The notes below the pieces were generated by a model that saw only the letters and a list, made by a program, of their open reading frames with translations, was not told where the DNA came from and searched no databases. The position numbers and the translations under genes are program-made. DNA of 48,620 nt from a virus: the IMG/VR virus record IMGVR_UViG_3300025012_000017, one strand, 5' to 3'. Below, in pieces: positions 18,751-26,551 of this stretch (the stretch's first letter is position 1; the number at the start of each line of letters is the position of its first letter).

Positions 18751-21700
18751 ATGGGACTGTCAGATTCTATTCTCCGTCAAGCTTTGTCAGACAATACTGG
18801 CGAAGAACTTGTGATGCAAGAGATTAAGAGGGTTCAGCAGGTTGAGAAGGCGAAGCAAGATCTCCTGGGAGATCCTAGTAAGCTGGATAATCTCGCGGCC
18901 GCTCTTGCTGAGAATTATACACCTTCAATGTTGAAGCCGAAAAACCTTTCGAAGTTCTCTTCCAAAGCAGAAGGTGTCGATAGCAACATTCCTGAGGATC
19001 ATCCCTTTGCTGGTATGGGCAGGGAGATGAAGGGGCGGTTGGAGGCTGTCCTCGCGGACCCACAGTACAAGGGTGTCTCTGCTGACGAGTTGGTTCAGAG
19101 AGTTGGGCAAAGTTACTTGATGGAGCCCGCGGGAGAGGGCAAGCGCCCGAGGATCGAGCAGGCTTACCGGTATAAGCGAGAGAAGGATGCTGGCTTGAAG
19201 ATGAGCTTGAATCCGTTCTCTGAGGATTCTTCCCTTCGGAAACTCCCCGGCTACGAACAGTGGCATGAGGCAACCAGGGGTGCTGAGGATGAGAAGCTGG
19301 CATCTGAGAGTTGGTTTGCTTCTAGTGGAGATCTTGCTGAGGCCACGGTGTGGGGTGCTGGAGTTGGAGCAGCCATTGGTGCTGTAACTGGCGGTCCGGT
19401 GGGAGCTGCTGTCGAAGGTGGGATCGGGGCTGTTGCTTCTCCTATCCTGGAAGTCTTCGCGCATCCAGTTCGTAGGGCACTACAGGGAACGGAGTGGTAT
19501 CGAAGCAAGATCTCTAGCGACTCAGGCTATGAGAACGCGAAAGCCCTGGGCTTTGAGATTGCTACTGACATCGGCATAGCTATGGGAGGTGTAAAGGCTG
19601 GGTCGAAGTTGCTGCGGAAGTCTACCAAGGCTGTGGACGCTGGCAGGAAGATGCTGGACGGTGACATCAGGAAGCTGTTGACTTCTGGAAGAGCGCAGGA
19701 TGCTACAGCAGCGAGTAACTCCTGGAAGAATGTCCACGGAGCTGAGATCGAAATGAAGGCTGCTCTTGATCGCTTTCGCTCTGGAACTATGGAAGCTGGG
19801 CAGTGGCAGTTCTATTCTGGAAGGAAGAAGATCACAGGGCCTGATGATGTTATTGACTTGGTAGAACGTGATGGCATCTATGAGATGGCCTCTGACGTGG
19901 GCAGGATGATTAAGGGAGAGCAGCGAGCGCTGCCTGAGGCGCAGAAGCTGTTGACTGCTCCTGAGGAAGTTGTCACTACCAAAGCTCTAACCCCCAAGAA
20001 GATGTTCAACAAGCTGACAGACCGTGGGGCTGACAAGGCTTTGAAGGAAGGAGTCACTGCTGGGGATCTTGACGGTGCTATCACGAAGGTTTTCCAGGAA
20101 GAGAGCGTGGTCCTAGACGTAGTCAAGAAAGAGGCGAATGACTTTTTAGACTTATTGACTACGAAAAAACCTTCACATGTCATATCAGCTTTCAAAGGCT
20201 TTGACAGAATAACACTGTCATTTGACACCTACGCAGGAGGTCCTTATAAAGACATTGATGAATTGAAGAAGTTTATCCGAGATAACCTTCCTGGCAGTTC
20301 TTTTGAAGTACAAAGACTACAAGCTAATATTGTGTCAGACACACGCGGAGTAAATAAAGTTAAAATAGACTTCGTTGGCCCTGACAGTGATACTCAAATG
20401 AGTAAAGCTTTTCGTTTGTTAACTGGTTCAGATGAATCCTTTAATATGAAATCAACAGCAGAAAAAGCAATGCCTTTAAAAGATAGGCTTGACCAGGTTG
20501 TTGATTTCCGTGGTAAGCAAGAATGGGCTGAGACATTTGGGATTGATCCTAGAGCTAAGGAACAGTTACAAAACGCGGGGTACAACTTAAATGAAATTCA
20601 TAAGTTAGAGAAAAGAAAACTACTTCGGCTTGTTGACTCTACAAAGAAAGAAAAGGCTGTTGTGCCGCAGGCTGCGAAGCAAGTCTCGAAGTTCCTGGAT
20701 GACGTTGCAGTTCCTGCGGAGTTGACTCCTGAGGCGCAGGGAATATTTTACCACACAACACCAAGCAGGAATATTGAATCTATAGCTGAGAAAGGTATTG
20801 TGCCTAAGAAAGATTATTCTTATTTTTCTGTTTCTGAGGATGACGCAACTAAGTGGGGAATCACAAAAGGAAATGAAATTCTAAGGGTAAAGGCGTCGGC
20901 ACTATTAGATACTGGTTACTCTAATGTTAAAAAGTCAGATAAAATAATCTCGCCTGATATGCTTGAAATAAAGCAGAACGGACAATGGGTTCCATTAAAA
21001 AACAGTAAGGTACAAGTCACAGCCGAAGAAGCAGTCTCCCAGGCTGACAAAGAACTTGCTAGCATGGTCTCGGATGCTGAGAGCACGGGGTACTTAGAGG
21101 CGATGCTGGAAAGCGGTAAGCTCAAAGCTGCTGAGATAATCAAGCACGAAGGTCCTGTGACTTCCTCCAGTGCTATCGACATCCCGGCTGCTGAGAGGAT
21201 GATTCCGCAAGAGGCTTTGATCGAAGACTTTATCTATGACAAGCTAGAAGATCAATTCGCCAAGAAGTACGGAGATCAGTTCTGGCATTGGACAAGCCCT
21301 GAGGTTTATGACAAGGTAGTACCGGATGAGAAAGCTCAGGCTGCTATCCAGAAGGGGTATGAGTTTCTCCAGAAGAAGTATGGCTACGACCTGAAGACAA
21401 TGGTTCCAAGCAAGCAGAAAGCTATCTTGAAGTATGGTAGTAAAGAAGGCCACGAGAAGATAGAGTTCGAGAACAGTGTCAAGGAGATCAGGAGTCTTTT
21501 TGATGGTGAAAAGCTTCTGGGGCCTCTTGGAGTTGGAATGCTTGCGGCGTTGACTGTTCCCATTACGTCTCTCTTCTCCGTTGACAGTGCTGAGGCTGCG
21601 GGCTTCTCCAGTGCTGCGAAGGTCCCCGGCGTTCTTGCTGGAATCATGAAGAAAGTCTCCGGTGCAGGGGAAGAAGCGAAGGTTGCTTTTATGAAAGGTC

Positions 21701-24042
21701 TGCGAGAAGGTCGCTACATTCCTGGAGAGCTGAAGGCTGGGCAGAAGACCGTGGATGAGAAGTACTTCGGCAGGCAGATGCACATCATGGAGGACGCGAA
21801 GAAAGCTGGTGTGAAGACGAAGGACATGTTTAAGTATAAGAAGCCTCTTCCCTTCGGGATTCATAACTTAATGTCACCGGCAGGTATTGCGAATGTGGCT
21901 TACAAGACTGGATTCTCTGTTGCTATTCAGAGGGCACACCTTCAAACACTGTGGGCAGTCCACACACGAGATATGACTAGGGTTGTTGAGAATATCTTAC
22001 GAGATGTTCCTGGATACAAGAGCGCTGCAGACGAGATAGCCAACATGACGAAGCCTTTTGTGGATAAGTACGCGAGTGTCCAAGCTGCTCGGGCGATGGA
22101 GCACAGGCTGAAGAGCATGGAGACAGCGATTGAGCGTTTGCAAAAGAAGGCGCTGTCAAAAAAGCTGACTCCGAAAGCACTCAGAGAGAACGACGAAGCC
22201 TTGAACAAAGCCGAGATGGGTCGTGAACTTCTCAGGAAAGAGTTCGACAGAATGAAGCCAACGGTGGATCAGTTCGACGTTGAGTTCGGAAAGCTGGAGC
22301 AGGACATAGCAAAGAAGTTCTCTAGTGCTAGGATTTTCTATGCAGCTGAGGACACGTCAGATTTCAGTCTTCGCCCCTGGCTCCGTGGGATGGTCTCTTA
22401 CGAGGAGGAAATAGCCGCAGGGCACATCAAGTCATTGATGGATGTCTACGCGAAGAGGATGCTGGCTGGTGGGCACAAGGTGATCACGGACAGACCTTTT
22501 ATGCATCATACTATCCATCCGAAGTACCAGGCAGATAAAGCGCAGGAGTTGTTGTCAAAGGTCGGGATCAACGTAGATGGACATGGCGCGTTTACTAAGT
22601 TTTTCAAGCGAGAGAAGTATTCCAAGTCCTTCGTGCCTGACATCCAGTACACCATGAACAAGTACATCCCGGATGCTGAGAAGAGAATCCTGGTCTCGGA
22701 TTTCTGGAGGAAACGCGGAAGCAAGGAGTTTCGGCAAGGCGGCTGGTATAGTCATATGAGAAGTTATGAAGTCCAGAATAACAAGATGCTCTCGAGTTTC
22801 TGGAATCGGCTTTACACTGCGGATGAACCAGAGATGAGGACGGTGGGGAATCGGCTGGCGAATTGGTATACTGCTTTTGAGACAGCAGCTTTGATCGGGT
22901 TCTCCCCGGCGACTGCTTTCAAGCATGTCTTCAAGAACCAGGGGACGTGGGGGCAGTTGGGATTCGCGAACGCTATTAGTCATGTTCCAGAAGCTATTGG
23001 CACCGCGTCTAGGAACTGGTTGAACTCAGCACAGGTGCAGGATGGCTTGACTATGCGGGCGTTCAGGAAGCTTGGGATTGACACCAGCTCGAAGGGCAGA
23101 GCCCTGGACAAGTTCGCTGACGCTATGATTCATCAGCACAAGATGATGCACTACATGTCTGACATGCAGGTGCCTGGGCTGGACCCAGGGTTGGCTAGTA
23201 AGGTTGACAACATGCTCTTTAAGTTTAACCAGAAAGGCAGCTTCATGGTGGCCGCGATTGAGTCCTTTGACAGGGCGCACTCGTTCCATGCAGCGTTGGA
23301 TATGGCAGTGAATAAGGGCATGTCTGGGAAGCAGGCAGTCTATGGGATTTTCGATACCATCTTGAAGAACAACTTCCTGGGTGGTGGTTTGAATCCTGAG
23401 TGGATGAGGAAGCCTGTGGTGAGGGCAGTCTTTCTTTTCCAGAATACTCCGTTTAAGATCATGGAGCGAAGACTTGTCAACGGGATTCAGACATATCAGA
23501 ACGTAAAGACTGCTATCGGAGTTATCAAGAAGCAGGACTTAAGGAAGACTCTCGGGGAGCTTCGTGATCTCAAACGCTACATCAAGTCTGGAGAAGACGA
23601 GATCAAGAAGAACCTGATCGGAGATGCTCTCTTTCACGACAAGGATGTCTTCGGAACGCCTGTCACGAAGCAGTTCATGCGGGAGTTCATCTACGTAGGG
23701 GCGACCATTTATGGCCTAGGGAGTCTCTTCGATGCTGACTTTCATCCACACTCTTTCCACGTTCCTTTTATCTCAACGTTCGGGGGAGACAAGCCTGAGC
23801 TAGGTGTAAGCCCTATGGCAGGGGCTATCTACAAGGGGCTGACTAGGAAGCGAGAGAGTGTGGATGAGACAGGTCAGGAGGTTGGTTGGGTCAGTCAGTT
23901 CTTTCAGGATTGGCTTGGAAGGAAGCAGTTCGTTCCGCAGACATTCTACAAACTGAACAGGATTTCTGAGAATGACATCCCGGAGGCTTACAAGGATAGT
24001 AGTCTTCGGTATCTCTTTGCGGTTCCGAGCCTTGATAAATAG
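18751..24042 (+). CDS. Giant (1763 aa) putative internal virion / ejection polyprotein
   Basis: RBS AAGGAG. Last gene of the structural operon. Glycine-zipper membrane-like segment GAGVGAAIGAVTGGPVGAAVEGGIGAV. AT-rich inserted segment near 20150-21010. Confidence 0.6.
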   Translation: MGLSDSILRQALSDNTGEELVMQEIKRVQQVEKAKQDLLGDPSKLDNLAAALAENYTPSMLKPKNLSKFSSKAEGVDSNIPEDHPFAGMGREMKGRLEAVLADPQYKGVSADELVQRVGQSYLMEPAGEGKRPRIEQAYRYKREKDAGLKMSLNPFSEDSSLRKLPGYEQWHEATRGAEDEKLASESWFASSGDLAEATVWGAGVGAAIGAVTGGPVGAAVEGGIGAVASPILEVFAHPVRRALQGTEWYRSKISSDSGYENAKALGFEIATDIGIAMGGVKAGSKLLRKSTKAVDAGRKMLDGDIRKLLTSGRAQDATAASNSWKNVHGAEIEMKAALDRFRSGTMEAGQWQFYSGRKKITGPDDVIDLVERDGIYEMASDVGRMIKGEQRALPEAQKLLTAPEEVVTTKALTPKKMFNKLTDRGADKALKEGVTAGDLDGAITKVFQEESVVLDVVKKEANDFLDLLTTKKPSHVISAFKGFDRITLSFDTYAGGPYKDIDELKKFIRDNLPGSSFEVQRLQANIVSDTRGVNKVKIDFVGPDSDTQMSKAFRLLTGSDESFNMKSTAEKAMPLKDRLDQVVDFRGKQEWAETFGIDPRAKEQLQNAGYNLNEIHKLEKRKLLRLVDSTKKEKAVVPQAAKQVSKFLDDVAVPAELTPEAQGIFYHTTPSRNIESIAEKGIVPKKDYSYFSVSEDDATKWGITKGNEILRVKASALLDTGYSNVKKSDKIISPDMLEIKQNGQWVPLKNSKVQVTAEEAVSQADKELASMVSDAESTGYLEAMLESGKLKAAEIIKHEGPVTSSSAIDIPAAERMIPQEALIEDFIYDKLEDQFAKKYGDQFWHWTSPEVYDKVVPDEKAQAAIQKGYEFLQKKYGYDLKTMVPSKQKAILKYGSKEGHEKIEFENSVKEIRSLFDGEKLLGPLGVGMLAALTVPITSLFSVDSAEAAGFSSAAKVPGVLAGIMKKVSGAGEEAKVAFMKGLREGRYIPGELKAGQKTVDEKYFGRQMHIMEDAKKAGVKTKDMFKYKKPLPFGIHNLMSPAGIANVAYKTGFSVAIQRAHLQTLWAVHTRDMTRVVENILRDVPGYKSAADEIANMTKPFVDKYASVQAARAMEHRLKSMETAIERLQKKALSKKLTPKALRENDEALNKAEMGRELLRKEFDRMKPTVDQFDVEFGKLEQDIAKKFSSARIFYAAEDTSDFSLRPWLRGMVSYEEEIAAGHIKSLMDVYAKRMLAGGHKVITDRPFMHHTIHPKYQADKAQELLSKVGINVDGHGAFTKFFKREKYSKSFVPDIQYTMNKYIPDAEKRILVSDFWRKRGSKEFRQGGWYSHMRSYEVQNNKMLSSFWNRLYTADEPEMRTVGNRLANWYTAFETAALIGFSPATAFKHVFKNQGTWGQLGFANAISHVPEAIGTASRNWLNSAQVQDGLTMRAFRKLGIDTSSKGRALDKFADAMIHQHKMMHYMSDMQVPGLDPGLASKVDNMLFKFNQKGSFMVAAIESFDRAHSFHAALDMAVNKGMSGKQAVYGIFDTILKNNFLGGGLNPEWMRKPVVRAVFLFQNTPFKIMERRLVNGIQTYQNVKTAIGVIKKQDLRKTLGELRDLKRYIKSGEDEIKKNLIGDALFHDKDVFGTPVTKQFMREFIYVGATIYGLGSLFDADFHPHSFHVPFISTFGGDKPELGVSPMAGAIYKGLTRKRESVDETGQEVGWVSQFFQDWLGRKQFVPQTFYKLNRISENDIPEAYKDSSLRYLFAVPSLDK

Positions 24043-24109
24043 CGCGCAAGATCATGTTGTCTATTAAGGCGTTGCAGTATTCTCCTAACGTCATACTGTT
24101 CTCCATTTA

Positions 24110-24125
24110 ATGAATCTTTACTGGG
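24110..24125 (+). promoter_or_regulatory. Copy of the recurrent motif (ATGAATCTTTACTGGG)
   Basis: Matches the consensus (G/A)TGAATCTTTACTGG. Its 3' GG runs into the terminator stem. Confidence 0.6.
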
Positions 24126-24158
24126 AGGGATGTTGAGTCCCTCCCTTTTCTTTCTTTA
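24123..24158 (+). terminator. Intrinsic terminator of the plus-strand structural operon
   Basis: GGGAGGGA (24123-24130), loop TGTTGAG, TCCCTCCC (24138-24145), followed by TTTTCTTTCTTT. Confidence 0.8.
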
Positions 24159-24326
24159 AAGACTCCCTCCAGGCTTACTCAAGACCTGGATTCAAGCACC
24201 CTTTACCACCCAGTGATTCTTATGTCCCTGCCCGATCATCATAATGCCTACCGTCCCTGTTAGTTGTTGTTGTTTTGGAACTGATTTCTGTTTCTGAGTG
24301 GGTGCTTTGGAAGTCTTTGTTTGGTG

Positions 24327-24662
24327 TTAGAAAACCCGGCTTCTGAGTACTGAGATCTTATCTAAGATGTCGTTGATGATGCTGTCCATGGTACTTGGAT
24401 AACTCGTCAGAACATTGGACATACTAAAGAAGTCCTCATTGTATTCTGGTTGAGTATTTGGCTGACCATCCATTGCTGAGATTACGTCGGACAAGACAAA
24501 GGAGACTTCTTGAAGTCTTGCGTAACTTCGATTGAACTGAATGAGCTTTGGCTCTTCGTCTTGCTGGAGTTTGGAAGGTGCTGCTTCTCCTTGGCAATAC
24601 TTTACCTTTGTTTCCTCGATTACCGGATGGTGCTTTTTCTTCGTCGTTGAAATTACTGGCAT
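24327..24662 (-). CDS. Hypothetical protein (last gene of the minus arm)
   Basis: 111-aa ORF starting 1 nt after the upstream stop. Confidence 0.5.
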   Translation of the reverse strand: MPVISTTKKKHHPVIEETKVKYCQGEAAPSKLQQDEEPKLIQFNRSYARLQEVSFVLSDVISAMDGQPNTQPEYNEDFFSMSNVLTSYPSTMDSIINDILDKISVLRSRVF

Positions 24663-24663
24663 G

Positions 24664-25923
24664 TTAGTTTCCTTTCTGTTTCTTCCTCCCCCAGATGTAC
24701 CAGATCCCTGTGACGCCAGTCTCCGGGTGAAGGAAAGTCCTGTGTGCGATTTCCTGTTGAAGTACTGTCTTGATCACGTTGTCGAACTTGGTGTTGTCGA
24801 TGTCCCTGACGGTTCGCTGTCTGACAAAACGCTCCTCGATGATCCCTTCCTGCTTGATGATCCGTGTCACCTCCGCGACCTCAGCTGCTATATCACTCTT
24901 CCCGACTGCTACGAAAGCGTTTTCCATACTGGCTTCGACTTCCTCTATGTGGTGGAGTGCTTCCTTGAGTTCATCGCTTGTGACAGTCATGGTGTTTCGC
25001 TTCGCTGCTGAGAGGATCATTCCTAGCTTCAACACGAACAACGGCTTCCTGGAATACCATCCCTTGAACGCCGTGTCCTTGCAGAGCCTCGTCGGGCTTC
25101 TCTCGTCGTAGTCTGTGTACCAGTCAACCCACCATTGGTAGCTCTCGTTGGTGTAGTTGTAACCCCCGGAGAGACCCCGGATGACGGCAAGGTCTGAGAC
25201 GAGTTCCTTTTTGATTCTCTGGACTTCGCTGTTCTCCTTTCTGTAAGTCTGGAGTTCTTCCCAGGATGTCACGCCGGGGACAGGGACTTTGGTTCCTTTG
25301 TCCTCTGACCAAGGGAAGAGAATCCGGGATGTCAAGCCTCCGCCGATGGCTCTAGCAGGAAGGCAAGAGGCTAGACTCTCTGGTGTTGTTGCTGCCAGGA
25401 GGTTGAGAAAAGGACTCTCGATTACGTTGCTTCCGCTGTGCTTGGTTCTGTACTTGTAAGGCCTGGTCTTACAGTCGAACAAGTCTGTGAGCAAAACTAT
25501 CATCTTCTGGTTGTCGCCCTTTTGACCGAGGAACGATTCGAACTCACCTGAGATGATATATAAACTGTTATGTATAAAGGTAGAACCGTCTCGCATTTGT
25601 TCATCTTCTTTAGCAGTTTCCAAGTCCTCCAACATCGCTTGCGGTGTGATAGCATCTGCACTGCGGTGGATACCAGAAACCTCAGCAACGATTTCTTCGC
25701 CAAAGGAGATAGCCTGAGTTTTTCTAGAGATCCCCGGTTCGGAGACCAATACCACGAACAAGTTTGGGTAGATTTTAATTCTTCCAAAGTTAAACCACAC
25801 TTTCTTCTGAAGCGCCCCGGCGATGACAGAGAACGCTGTCCATTTGTGAAAGAGCCTCGGGCTTTCTGTGTTTGCCACGTAGCTGTAGTAACCTTCCATC
25901 CAATCTGGTAGTCTCCGCGACAT
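24664..25923 (-). CDS. P-loop NTPase, DUF3987/VirE-like (putative replicative helicase or primase-associated protein)
   Basis: Walker A-like LVSEPGISRKT. Walker B-like KMIVLLTDLFD. 419 aa in the replication module. Confidence 0.45.
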   Translation of the reverse strand: MSRRLPDWMEGYYSYVANTESPRLFHKWTAFSVIAGALQKKVWFNFGRIKIYPNLFVVLVSEPGISRKTQAISFGEEIVAEVSGIHRSADAITPQAMLEDLETAKEDEQMRDGSTFIHNSLYIISGEFESFLGQKGDNQKMIVLLTDLFDCKTRPYKYRTKHSGSNVIESPFLNLLAATTPESLASCLPARAIGGGLTSRILFPWSEDKGTKVPVPGVTSWEELQTYRKENSEVQRIKKELVSDLAVIRGLSGGYNYTNESYQWWVDWYTDYDERSPTRLCKDTAFKGWYSRKPLFVLKLGMILSAAKRNTMTVTSDELKEALHHIEEVEASMENAFVAVGKSDIAAEVAEVTRIIKQEGIIEERFVRQRTVRDIDNTKFDNVIKTVLQQEIAHRTFLHPETGVTGIWYIWGRKKQKGN

Positions 25924-25953
25924 GTTGTGCTCCCATAGTTTGCTCCTTGTTCG

Positions 25954-26247
25954 TTAGCAGACTTTATTACCGTGGCGATAGGGTCTGTTGATGTTGAAGG
26001 CATGTTTCGTCAGGACAGCTTTCTCTAGGTTGATATTGTAGCCCGCGGCCATGTCCATTACTCGGATGATGATGTCAGCTAGTTCTTCCTCGAAGTTCTC
26101 GTTGTTCCCGTTCCTGTAGGCTTCGAGGGCTTCTGAGACTTCGGAGTGAACGAGGCACAGGAGTTCCGGGATAGGTCTTGAAGTAGTCCACCAGCCGTGT
26201 TCGACAGCATTCTTGTGAACGAGTTCTGCGATTTTACTGAATTCCAT
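25954..26247 (-). CDS. MazG-like nucleoside triphosphate pyrophosphohydrolase
   Basis: Pattern HSEVSEALEAYR...EEELADIIIRVMD...KHAFNINR is typical of the all-alpha NTP-PPase (MazG) family. Confidence 0.7.
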   Translation of the reverse strand: MEFSKIAELVHKNAVEHGWWTTSRPIPELLCLVHSEVSEALEAYRNGNNENFEEELADIIIRVMDMAAGYNINLEKAVLTKHAFNINRPYRHGNKVC

Positions 26248-26551
26248 TCTCTTTTCCTTTCAAGTCTTTAAGTATTCTAGCAAGAAGAAGGCAAGCGTAG
26301 TGTGCGATCTTGTAGCAATCTCGGATGGCTTCTCCGGTGCCCCGGGAGTTGGAGTTGATTCTGTTGATGTAGCGCTTTAGGTTCATCTGGATTTCCTGGA
26401 TCGTAAAACTCTCAGCTTGATCATCTGGTATGTCTCCGTACTGTGGGACGGTGTAGTCCTCGATGTGCTGGAAGACTTCTTGTGCAAACACGCACCACTG
26501 TAATGCACGTTTTGAATCTTTGCTGGTTGTTTTAATCAGCATTGTTCTCAT
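26234..26551 (-). CDS. Hypothetical protein (DUF3310-like pattern)
   Basis: 105 aa. The segment QYGD...LKRYINRIN...AIRDCYKIAHYACLLL is reminiscent of DUF3310. ATGA overlap with the polymerase stop. Confidence 0.3.
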   Translation of the reverse strand: MRTMLIKTTSKDSKRALQWCVFAQEVFQHIEDYTVPQYGDIPDDQAESFTIQEIQMNLKRYINRINSNSRGTGEAIRDCYKIAHYACLLLARILKDLKGKENGIQ

